Both the position numbers and the translations under genes were made by a program. From assembly GCF_000143415.4 (NCBI RefSeq), contig NW_003314414.1, positions 153,626 to 217,625 of the forward strand: 64,000 nucleotides of DNA, in the 5' to 3' direction. The notes below the pieces were generated by a model, which saw only the letters and a list, made by a program, of their open reading frames with translations, was not told the DNA's origin and searched no databases. Shown here in pieces: positions 1 to 11,600 of this stretch; positions within the stretch are counted from its first letter, which is position 1, and the number at the start of each line of letters is the position of its first letter. Origin of the DNA: Selaginella moellendorffii. Taxonomy: Eukaryota; Plantae; Lycopodiophyta.

Positions 1-37
1 CATAATAAGTTACATTTTTAAATAAATACATGCCATC

Positions 38-900
38 TCAGACTGTTATTTTTTGCCTCCAACGCCTATACAATAATCTTGGAATTTCATCACTCTCCAC
101 ACTATCAGGATTTAAACCCAATAGTAATGCCATCTCTTCTCTAATACGTCCACGCTCATGTTCAGTGGTCGAAGAACCCATCCGGTTGAGCAGATTATGG
201 AGATGCGGATAGTGCTTGGCTAGACAATATACATGCCATAAATGATGACTGGTGTCTGTCCGATCAAATGGCTTCTGATATACCGTTTCATCTGCCATTT
301 GGTTGATTTCTGCAGCCACCTCCTGGACTGGCCGGTTCTCTATCACCATCGCTTCAAGCCGTTTTGCAAGGTCCCCCAGAACATACGGTTTCTTCTCCCT
401 AGTTTCCATACTGCAAGAGATGGGGTGCACTGCATATGTGTGCGTGTTCGCTGCAATTTTAATCGGCGAGTCATCAATGATGAGGATTTCACTTGACCTA
501 GCAGTCCGGTTCATCACTACAGCCTCTGCCTTGACGAAGATGGGCTTGCTACCCCTCACATGGACCATAGTCAAGCAATCCTCCTGCGTTAGGAGAAAGT
601 CAAATGGTAATATTACTCGCGTCTGATCGTGCATCATCTGTAGCAACGTTAATGCATTGTGGCGCATCATGGATGTCCAAACTCCCAATTGCAAATTGAA
701 CCCGGCCCTCTGTTTTAAGTGTCGCATGGTCATTATTAGATCCCGCAGTTTCTCCCGTGTGATTAATGTGAATCTGTCTCTTTTGACCAACTTGCGACCG
801 CAGGCTTTGGAGGGTGCAGTGACATTCGAGGACGAGCCACGCTCATGGGAGAAAAGGACACCGTTCAGATCAAAAACGATACAGTACTTTCGCCGTGATT
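38..900 (-). CDS. Terminal exon encoding an FCP1/NIF-family HAD phosphatase-like domain
   Basis: Motifs CIVFDLNGVL (HAD motif I variant), LGVWTS, FLLTQEDC, KPIFVK and ILIIDDSPIK. The listed ATG lies inside an intron; the acceptor TTTCAG is at 901. Confidence 0.8.
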
Positions 901-2873
901 CTGAAATGAAATGCGTCAGCATAAAAAATGGTACAAGTCAATTTTACCATCTACAATATTAGCGAATGGTGCTCCCGATGGTCGTTCAGAGGGTTTTGGT
1001 CGAGGAAACGTGAAGGGCGGAAATACTCTCCTCTGCAATGTGGGGTCAATCGCATCCGATGGCGTGTGGGCACATGCCATTTCAGCTGTAGACTCTGGTA
1101 CAACTGGCTCAACAGTGGCATGGGGTGGTTCCGATGGCGTGTGATCACACGCCATTTCAGCTGGTGCCTCCGTTGGCAAAGTGGACATGACCGAACAGGC
1201 AGCAGGGGCGGTGTAGGGAGGTTCCAACGGCGCGTAGTCAGACGATTGGGCACACGTTGGAAATGAGGATACGACCGGCTCGGCGGCTGGGGCGGCCTCA
1301 TGCGGGTCCAATGGCGCCTGGTCACCGTCAGTTGGATACGTGGACAAGATTGACTCAGTGGTATGGGCAGCATCAAGTGGAGCGTGGTCAGCTTGCTTGG
1401 CGTTGATATGGATAGTAGCCTCCACCAGCTCTGATGACTCTTGCAGGCAAGTAGAGTCCACTGGCGGATCCATATGCATGTCCAAATATCTCCCTTCGAT
1501 TGAGATGGTATCCTCCCGTGCTACTAAAAACAAACTCATTAGCACATTGAATCGACTATACTGTATTTACCATCAATTGCTATTGAGGAACTAGGACCGA
1601 TATCACTTGGGCGCACTGCTGATTCTGAAGGATTGGACATACGTTTCGACCCTTGCTTGGCACTATCCTTCCTCGACACTAAAGGCTAGAGTTTGTATCT
1701 TAATTCAACTGAATAATCTCTACTTACCATTTCTTCTGCGACCTACATGGACAATGTTAGAAATGGTAAAAGGTTAGGAATGGATGTACTATTATTTACC
1801 TGATGGTTTGTCTTGTATGACCTTCCTCCGCTGCTCTTTGGCCACCTCAGGCTGGCCATCGTCGTCATCATCGTCATCGTCGTTATTGTGATCGTCACCA
1901 TTGTGAGGACCATCCAAGTCCTCTTCGTCCTCCTCTTCTTCGTCCTCCTCTTCTTCGTCCTCCTCTTCTTCGTCCTCCTCTTCTTTGTCCTCCTCTTCGT
2001 CCTTCTGCTCTTCCTGCTCATTATCATTCTCTGGCTCCTCATCCCCCTCTTGCATTTCTTCCATAGGCTGCTTAGGTTGGATTGCTTGTTTTTCCAGGAC
2101 CATCTTGGAAAATCATCTGGCCGAGTCTCCATCTCAAAATACAAGACATCCATAGCCTGTTTTAGTGCGTGACCTAGGACCGTATCCTCACCCGACTGTC
2201 TTAACATGGTTTCTGCACGTTCTTGCACCCTTCGAAGACGACGAGATGAGAAAAACGTGGCCCTTACTTGAAAAGCATCCCTCATCCATTGTACCTCTCC
2301 ATTGAGATTGGGGAAGGGGAGTCCGCCATAGGAATCTGAGTCAGAAGGTGGTGACTGGCTCCTTTCACTCAGCCCTTGATCTGCAATGAATGGCATGAGC
2401 ACACACGCCATAACCGCGAGGCATTACCTATCATCTTTTCGTTGCCCTTCTTCCTTTTCGAATCAAACGCCTCTGATCCCGACGACTGTCCAACGTGCTT
2501 TCGCTTTTTATGACCACTGTCAGTTTGAGCTTGGCTAGTGCTTGCCTGTTTTGCCTTTGAAGAAGTGTCTCCTGCAAGGAATGGCATGAGACCACACGCC
2601 ATTGCAAATATAATTTGTACCTCCTTTTTTCCTATTGCTTGTCTGTTTGTCCTTCTTCGACGCGCCACCAGTGCGCTTTTCAGTCCTCGTGTCTGAATAT
2701 TCACAACGATCTATAATCAAAATGGCGTGAGGCCTCACGTGACCTTACCTTGTGCAGGTTGTGAGCTCGGCCTAACATCAGTAGCTGTTAACGCCGTTTC
2801 AGCATCTGGGGGTGGCCACGCTCCTGCATACAAAGCTTGTGAGATAACATTTAAACTTAAAGTGCGTACTCAC

Positions 2874-5412
2874 CAGGTTCATAGAGAAGATACTGTTTTT
2901 CTTTGGCAACTGTAATTATATGCTCCATTGAAGTCACCTCTTCAATGGAGTTTGTCACCGCAACACACGGGACACCCTTGAGTAGTGCGGCTCGAAAGAA
3001 TAGTCCGCCGCAGTTGTACTCGACAACGCATTTGCCCTTGGAGTCACCCGCTATTGCGTTGAAGACCCAGCTGAGCATTTCCCATGTTGCACCTGGAGCT
3101 TTCTTTGGATTCGAAAGCTCCATAGCCGTCTTCAATTCCTCAGGCACGGGTAAATTGACCTCCCTCAGATCAATTCGATCGGCTTTGTTGAACGAAGCTG
3201 GGAAGTCACTCCAGTCCCACTCTGCTGCAGGACCAATAACAAGGGCGAGTGTGAAGATGCGGACATTCGTCGGTATCTTCTTCTTAGCCATTATCCCATG
3301 GATCTCCCGCATCTCCTTGCCTTTCAACCGAGCCTTCACCTCGTTCAAGGCCTTCCAGAACTTGTGATAGGATTCGGAGTCGTAGATCATATAGTGGACT
3401 GAAGATTCCACCTCCGCAAGTCCCACCATTAAGTCAATGATGGAGCTGACTTCGTCTGCATGAGTGATCTCCTCGTTTGTGAAGTCCATCACACAAAAGA
3501 TGTTCTTGACCTGCTCATCTCCGCGGGAAACGATGCTCCTCCACCTTTGATCCTCATCCGAATTCACATATACCCGGTAAGGTTCTCGATAGGCCTCTGC
3601 TGCGGGGTCGAGCTGTTTCTGAAGCCGGCGGTCGACATCCCTCTTAATGAAATTTGGATACTGATCCAACTTCTCAGCTTTACTTTTCGTGGCATCCCGC
3701 AGCAGATCGATGAACTTGGGGGCCCCCTTCACGTACTCGTCGATGTCTTCATTTGACAAGTCCAGCTCTTCCATCATCTCTTGCGTGGTGTCGATGCTCA
3801 CCCTCGCCACGGCCACTTGCTCGAAGATCCAATCCTTCAATAGCGCACGAGCTCTCAGAGTCGTGCACAAGTCCTCGTATGTCACAATATGGCCGGGAGT
3901 CATTTTGGTCTTGTTGAAGACTACCTCACCACGTAGAAGAGCATTAGCCACTGTCAGAAGGTCGTCGTCGTCTAGAGACCGCGAGAAACACAAGGCGTTG
4001 AGCTTCAAATCATTGGGCTTCCGGCCGTCCTCCACACCCATTGAGTTTAGCAACTCCCCGTCATGGTACCTCCTTAGCACATCTACCCATTTGTCAAAAA
4101 CAACTTTTGTCGCGAGTAGAATGTTATGGATGCTGAGTGTGTTATTGACCCCCAGTGTTTTCGAGAGAAGACTCGAGAATTCCTGCAATGGAAATGGCGT
4201 GAGGCCACATGCTATGCCACATGCAACGAGGCTTACCTGCCAGGCGCTAGTTGCTAGTGCACGTGCTTGTCCTGGTTTTTGTGGCTTCTTCAGTTGAACC
4301 CAGAGCTTCCGTGTTCGTGCCAATGTCTCGTGCAGACCCGATTTGTAGCACGTTTCTTGCTTGACATTCTGCGCGTGGGAGATGTATATGATAGATCGGA
4401 GGGGCGAGTTGCCTTTTATCAGGCGGACAACTCTTGTCTTGAAGACTTTCTTCACCTCCTCGCCCACCATAATATCCACAACTATCTGTTGCATCGCCAA
4501 GCTAGAATGCTGCCCGGAGACGGCATAGAACCGGATGTTCTGATCGTCCAACACCTTCCTATTGATCAAGTCTGGAAACCTCGTCTCGCCCTTCATTGTT
4601 CGGTAGTAGGGGATCACGTTTGTGATGTCGGGTGTTACTGGACTTGCCAGCATCTTCTGCTTCAGTTTCTCCACCCACTCATCAGATACTAGCCTGTGGT
4701 TGTATTTGCTTTGGATCTCGATACGGCTCACGTCGATTGTATATACTTTGTTGGAATAGTAACAAGTACTATTATCTGCGACGATTTTTGCTGCCTCTTC
4801 TTGCTCTTTCTGCTCTTTGCGGCTCTTCTTTTTGGTGGGTGTAGTGTTCGAACCCGAGGCAATGGCATCACCGAGTAGCTTCTTTTTTGGAGCAGCAGAG
4901 TCGGACGTCGGCTTGAGCTTGACCACCCTTTTCTGCTTCGGGGTAGTTTCCAGATTGACCCCCTTCCCCTTCGCTTCGCAAACTGGAGGCACTCTCAACG
5001 GCTCAATGTTGGAATATAGTTTTTGAACATCGCCGTAGGTGAGGTCCGTGGATTCCATGTGATCTTCATAGACCCGCAGCGTCTTTGAAATTGTGGGCCT
5101 CCTGGACAACCTCTCCCTAGCTCACTCTAGGAATTCCTCATAGCCGCTGCCCTCCGGGAAGCCGCTAGGATGTGCAAGGTGGATCTTGAAGGCGGACGCT
5201 GTCTCTACCACAAGTGCCAGTCCATATTCTTGCATGGAACTGCATGGAGTGTCTGTCACTTGGATGAGGATCCCCATGCATTCTTTTCTCCCACCATCTG
5301 TGTTGTACAGCATCAGATCCTCGCCTTCCATCCCGAAAGTCCAACTGGTGAGCTCCTCCCCCTTCTCTGCATCCACATTGACAGTGGCTGGAAGAAGAAC
5401 GCAATTCCTCGC
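2874..5412 (-). CDS. Large exons of the cargo gene: ParB/Srx-like domain (~4400-4747) and degenerate N6/N4 DNA-MTase-like segment (~2900-3120)
   Basis: IDVSRIEI..YNHRLVSDEWVEKLKQKM...FYAVSGQHSSLAM resembles the ParB-N pattern. KKAPG..EMLSWVF...SKGKCVVEYNCGGLFFRAALLKGVPCVAV resembles the beta-class MTase KP..L..LI...S..GD.VLDPF.GSG..AA...GR pattern. Confidence 0.55.
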
Positions 5413-5864
5413 CTGTTCAAAAATGCACAACAATTAGAGCTGACAGATGAAAAGCTAGCAGCTGGAAATAACGTGAGGCCACACGCCATTCACCACTGCA
5501 TCAGATGTCTTGAGGCTGCATCCTAAGATGGCGTGAGGCTACACGCCATCTGTAACCGGACTGCACTCGAGAGCCCAATCGGTGCATGCCAATGTTGCTA
5601 CTGAATGGCATGTGGCCTCATGCCATTTTCTACTTGGTCTAAAAGACTTACCATTTGAAGCCGAATGGAGGCCGTGACAATCGAGGCCGGACTCGCTGGC
5701 GAATGTGAACTGTGTGTGCAGCGGATCGTAGCAGCAAGGCTACTCTGCCACTTACAGTTGGAGAGTGGTGCTGAAATCTCCCGGGACGCCAAGTGGGCTG
5801 CGTGTGGGTGGTGGAGTGGGCGGCAGAGTTGGCGGCGAAGTTACAAACTGGGTGTGTCTTGAAG

Positions 5865-6035
5865 TGGACGCCGATGCACACGAGCGCGATGCGAGCGCGA
5901 GTGTGATGCAAGCGCGAGTGGACGCCGATGCACACGAGAAACCTGTAGAGAAGTGAGCGTGATCGCGAGTGGGAGCGCGATGCGAGCGGGAGCGCGAGTG
6001 TGATGCGAGCGCGAGCGCGAGTGTGCGAGCGCGAG
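5865..6035. repeat. GCGAGC/GCGAGT CpG-rich low-complexity repeat upstream of the cargo gene
   Basis: Repeated GCGAGCGCGAGTG units, shorter in copy 2. Confidence 0.7.
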
Positions 6036-7669
6036 TACAAAGCAAAATGCAAAACCTAACCTCACACGCGCGAAATGTCACAACGGTTGGTAATCCCGCC
6101 ACGTCATCATTCCTCGGACTTGGGCGCCACCATTAATTTCTGGATTGCCGCGCGCATGCAAGCACGCAAAATCCAAAAGAAATCCGCAACGTCATCATTC
6201 CTCGGATTGCATGCACGCGAAATCCAAAAGAAAGATCATGATTGGGATATCATTTAATACCCTCGCTATATTTATACCATGCATGATTGGATATTCCAAA
6301 GCATCTTGTATTTCCAAAAATGGCAGATGTTCAGCTAAATAAAGAAATTCTATCTGTTTCTATTTTTCTCTCAAATCAATATTATAGCGTGTGGGCTCAT
6401 GCAATTTTGAACCAAAGAAACCCAAAAAATGTTGGACCCAAAATATTTTGAAAAAACCCAAAAAACCCTAAACATTTTAAACCCAAAAATCCAAGCGTCC
6501 TGTGGCGTTATTCTTTGAATGGCGTGTGGGCGCATGCCATTTTCAGGGCCAAATGCTGAATGGAGAAAAATTCCCTTTCAGTGCAAATGCTGCAAGAGGC
6601 AAATGCCGAGCACAAAGGACTGTAACTACCTCACATGACACAGATAAACTTTTCTCTATTTGGCAAAGATAAACTTTATAGCGTGTGGGCTCATGCAATT
6701 TTGAACCCAAAAAATGCACCAAAAAATTCTCGGCGTCATCTGGCATTATCTCTTGAATGGCGTGGGGCCGCATGCCATTTTCAGGGGCACATAGGAGTAT
6801 ATTCCTAGGATATTCTGACACGCGCGAGATTTTTTTGAGTTTTCTGGAGATCCAACCGTTAGATCGCAACTAGATTTTACAGAATGGTATACAATGTCTT
6901 TCTTGATGACCCTGCAAAGAAGCATCTCAATCGGACACCACATGAGACCACACGAGCCTTACAATGTTTCAGGGGCATTTGCCATAGATCCGACCGTTAT
7001 TTTGCTCCAAGATTTTACAGTTTGGTGTGCATTGACCTTTCCATCGAAACTGCAAAGGGACATCACAATCAGATGCGAGATCACAAGAAACTAACTTCAC
7101 TAACTCTGGTTTCACCAAGATCTACGTAAGGAGTTATGAAATGAAAGGACCCTCTCTATTGAAATGTGTTTATGGTCCTAGGGGCATTGTGACATATCAA
7201 AGGATTTTGCATCAAGTTCTGTATTTGCATGTTTATCAAGCTACTGAATTGCTAAACCCTAAACCCTAAACCCTAAACATGTGGCAAATGCTGCGTGAAG
7301 AAAGATGCCCTTTCTGGGCAAATGCTGTAAGAGGCAGATGCCGAGCAGATGTATCTCAGGCTAGCGAAGGGGACAAACGAAAGCTAGCTATAAACATGAC
7401 GGGATGCAAATAGATTACTAGGCTGGTCCTACGAAAATCAAAAACCATAATTGAAAACATTGAAAATGCAAAAAGAAAGGTTTATAATATTTTTGAATTT
7501 TAGGCAACCAAAGGAATGTAAGTAGGGCATGTGTTTGTAAGTTTAAAAATGCCTCAACCACTTAAATTCCCAAGTAAATAAAGCTGTTTCTATTTTTGGT
7601 ACAGGTAAACTTTATAGCGTGTGGGCTCATGCAATTTTGAACCCAAAAATGCACCAAAAAATGCTCGAC

Positions 7670-7780
7670 TAGCATTATTCTTTGAATGGCGTGTGGCTTT
7701 ATGTCGAGCATTATTCTTTGAATGGCGTGTGGCCTTATGTCGAGCATTATTCTTTGAATGGCGTGTGGCCTTATATTGCC
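7670..7780 (+). repeat. 36-bp tandem repeat x3 containing a partial palindrome
   Basis: AGCATTATTCTTTGAATGGCGTGTGGCYTTAT occurs three times here but as a single unit in copy 2 (~53433-53465). Confidence 0.85.
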
Positions 7781-8147
7781 ATAAATGGACGTACACACAC
7801 AGCATAATTATTCCTTTACACGGCGAATAATCTTGGCGCGGATCGCTGACATGGCATGGCAAAGTTCGAATCACTGACATGGCACAGCTGGATCGAGGCA
7901 AGGACATGATGTGACAAAGTTCAACCTCCGACAGCAAAGTCTAGAAGCTACTCAGTTTGAAATTTGTCAGAGGAATCATAAGATCTGGTTTGTCAGAGGA
8001 TTTGATGTGATGTTCAAGCGTGTGTTATTTTTGAATTCTCGAACTCATTCCTAGGTCTATCATTTTTGTGCGTCGTGTTCTTGGTTCCGCTGAGCGCAGT
8101 GAGCGCTGCTTGTGTAAGCGGCGTTGTGGGCTGTGGTTTATGCGTCT

Positions 8148-8280
8148 ACGAGCGGTTGCGGCATTGCGAGCGCCATTGCGAGCGGCAGTTTATGCGAGTG
8201 GCAGTTTGTGCGAGCGGCGCTACGAGCAGTTGCGGTGTTGCGAGCAGCGCTACGAGTAGTTGCGGTGTTGCGAGCGGCAC
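8148..8280. repeat. GCGAGCGGC-type tandem repeat upstream of the transposase
   Basis: 30-bp units TGCGAGCRGCGCTACGAGYAGTTGCGGTGT plus shorter GCGAGCGG units. Confidence 0.7.
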
Positions 8281-8634
8281 TGTCTTTGGTGTGGCTACCG
8301 CTTCCTCTTGATATTCGGCACTTGTGCTTCCTGGTATGTTCACCATGGAATGGCTTAGGACCACATTTAGAAATGGCATGAGGCCACATGCCATCTTGGG
8401 CCCTTGCAATTTCATGGCTAGCGTATTGTCATGTATGTTTTTACTTGCCTGCAGCTGTGTGTATATCAAGATGGCATGCCAATTTTGTGAATGCAAAATT
8501 TCACGTGGGTGTCAATAGCATGTTTGAATAATGGCATGTGGCCTCATGCTATTGAGGTTGTTTGGTATGTTATGATTTAGGCCATTCTCCAATCATTTTT
8601 TGTATGGTTTTAACTTCTTTTCTGCACTTTCAGA

Positions 8635-11600
8635 ATGGCCTTCAGGGTTGGGGAAAAGGTTTACATTTTGAATGGTGGGAAGAGAGTTGCAAAAGGGACC
8701 CTTGTGTCTATGGATCGGAACTTTGTTATACACTGTCAAAGGCTTGGGGAAGGCAATGCTGCTGTATCAGTAGAGACTGTCTTCGATGGGAATGTGGTCG
8801 CTATTGAACGAGGAGAGATGGTCGTCGGGGTAAATGTTGTTGTTGCCTTGAAAAATCTTCAGAAGAAAGCAGATGTTGGGGACAGCGCAAGTGCGACGCA
8901 TGTTCCCTCCGTGGATCTTAAGAACCGTGCTACATGGATTCAGGCGAAGGTGTTTCTAAACAACCCCGAGGGGGAGGTGGTAGCTGAGGGCTTAGCCACA
9001 GTTGTCGATCCAAGAGATGCGGTTGCTAATCAAGAATTGGGCTGGGATGATATTGGAGTTGCGATTTTAGAGGTTGTTGATACAGAAGAAAACAGTCTGA
9101 CTATTGGAAGCATTGTGCAGTGGAAATTGAGGCACTTAGTGTTTGAGAATGTGAAGGATTCACAATCAAACACCACTACAACTGATGACAGAACATCTCT
9201 TCATGGGAAAAGAAAGTACACCTTCCTAAAGCGCAGCCAAAGGGATCTGAGCAACGAACCGAAAAGGCAGAAAATGGCGATGGAGGTTCGAATGGTCTCG
9301 ACAGTTGCTTGTTGCAAGAGGAGGTGCTGTCAACATGCTGATTGGGATGCTATTGAAGAGGAGAGAGCAAGATACAAGACATTGTCCTGGAAGGGAGCTC
9401 GCAATTTTGTGTATGAGGCATTACGGTCATCTGTTGATGCTTCAGAACATCAGGTGGGGGGCATGGTCTTCCAGAGGGGTTTGGTCTGCATGAAGGCATG
9501 GAGAATCATTTATGGAGTCCCTCGAAGCACATTCTACAGAATCAAAACTGAGTTCGAGGAACAAAGGGTTCAACAGGCAGTCCATGGGAACGACGGTACG
9601 CACAAAACCAGGGGTCATGTTGTATATGGAGAGGCAATCTTCAAGAGGTTTGTCGAGACATGTAGCGAGCAGCAACCACATAAAACCCGCCTCTTGGAAG
9701 ATGGAACACGAGACACCCAACGAGTTCTCCCTTCCATGTATACCAAGGGGGCCATATTGGAAGATGTGAATCGGGAACTCCAGAGTAATGGCTACAGGAA
9801 GCTGAGCCAATCTAGATTTAGTAGATTGTGGAGCAACAGGTTCAGGGATGTGAGTATAGGAAAGTACTCCAGCTTTTCAAAGTGTGACGAGTGCACTGCT
9901 ATCAAAATGGCTTTGTCGAAGAATTCTTGCAGCGCTCAAGAGCGAGAGACGTTGGTTAGAAGGCGGCTCAACCACAACATCGAGCAGAGAAGCTGCAGGA
10001 CTGCATATTATCATAACAGGATTCTCTCCATGAAGAGACCTGACTCTTACCTCTGCATCATCCACGACAAAATGGACCAGAAAAAGACGTGCTTACCTCG
10101 ACTCAATCCTGCCCCCAAGGCAATCTCTTCATCCATGCAGCTGCCTGTGTCTCTGTTTGGCATAATCGCTCATGGGCATGGTGCCCAAAACTATGGGAAC
10201 TTTTTTGTACCTCTATGGGGTGGCGGGGGTGCAAACATGATGATTGCGTCCCTAGCAAAACACTTAAGGTCTCTGCAAAGTGCGCAGACTGAGCTGAACG
10301 GCCAACCCTTGCATAAGGCCCTTGTCGATCGAACCCCATACAGGGTTCAGCTGGAGGAGGAGCAAAGGCTTGCAGTATCGCGTGGGGCCCCATGCCATCC
10401 CAGTGAATATGTTGGCCGTCAGATTGTAGGGTTATCACGTGAGGCCTCATGCCATTCCGACGAGGCTGGTCGCCCGGTGAATGCACAGCCTCATCCAAAT
10501 GAAGCAGAATCTCAAGGAAGTTCTTGCGGCCGATGTGGCCTTCCACCCCATCTTCTGCTCCAAACAGACAATGCTGGCAGTGAGAACAAAAACATGTACG
10601 TCTTCGCGTACTTGGCGATGCTTGTTGCCAAAGGCATATTTGAAACGGTTACACTTGGCTTTCTCATGGTTGGGCACACTCATGAAGACGTCGATGCCAT
10701 GTTCAGTCACCTGGCAGAGTCCCTCCGGCGATCCAATGTCCTCACCCTCCCACAACTCTACGATGAATTCCAAAATTGCATCAAAGGCACTGTTGAAGCT
10801 GCACTTCTGATAGAGGTTCCAGACTTTAAGGGGTTTGTAAGAGGCTACATCAGGGACGGATCCGAAACGCTGATTGGCCACTCCAAGCCTCTTCAGTTTC
10901 ATTTCAGCATGTGTGACGGTGCTCCAGTGATGAGGTACAAGATGAGAGAATGGGACACAGTGTGGCTACCAGTGGACGGCATTGAACTCTTCAAGAGAGA
11001 TCCCATAACTGGGGAACCTATGATTCCTCAGGGTTCCCCACGGCCGATGCACCCGGATGGACTCAAAGACCAGGAAAGTATAGTGGCCGGGATTAGACAG
11101 CATATTTCCTTCTAGAAGAGGGGGTTGGTGTTTGGTGGAGAATCCTATTTTCAGAGGTGCAAGCCTTTGCTCGAATACTGGGAGAAGATTATATCTGCTA
11201 TCCAAAATGGGCCGGTTGTATATGAAGAATTGGAAGAGTCCTTTTGGCCAGAACCCAGAGCACCAGATAGTAGCGGAACAATGTCCTCTGGAAATGCAGT
11301 GACAGATAACGATGTTGAGGATCACTATTGTGGGCCGAGGAACAAGAAGCCGGATTCAGCATTCAATCCAGTACAGGTCTGCAAAGGAATGGTCGTGCTT
11401 GTCAGACCCAGTAATAAAAAACAAATGATATGGGTGGGGCGCTGCATCACTGATGCAGAGGAGGACGCGGAAACTAACTCCTTCAATGTAACTGTGGAGT
11501 GGTTCAAGCCAAGTTCCGGATATACGAACAATTGCCTAGAAAAGAGATGGGTGCTGAATCCAAGGGATCCCAGCATGAGCATATCGGTGGATAATGTTGT

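Larger units (their letters stand above)
38..5654 (-). pseudogene. Multi-exon transposon cargo gene (~1640 aa): ParB/Srx-like domain, MTase-like segment, acidic tract and C-terminal FCP1/NIF HAD phosphatase; copy 1 disrupted
   Basis: GT-AG introns at 5413-5651, 4183-4236, 2824-2873, 2693(or 2711)-2748, 2572-2620, 2381-2427, 1743-1799, 1679-1727, 1524-1570 and 901-947 join the listed ORFs in compatible phase. Lesions are TGA at 5122-5124 and a 1-bp deletion at ~2110; both positions are intact in copy 2. Confidence 0.75.

Noticed and set aside
38-922. Stand-alone 294-aa phosphatase gene starting at 922, and other stand-alone ORFs (209, 222, 750, 103 aa)
   Set aside because: Their starts and stops fall inside predicted introns; phase-compatible splice sites join them into one gene.
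1813-2172. Hydrophobic membrane-protein ORF (VLLFF repeats)
   Set aside because: It is the antisense reading of the acidic GAR/GAY tract.
7253-7278. True chromosome end
   Set aside because: Only 3-4 units, internal, and carried in both transposon copies.
11113-11115. Programmed stop-codon readthrough in the transposase
   Set aside because: Copy 2 has TGG at this codon, so a simple G>A mutation explains it.
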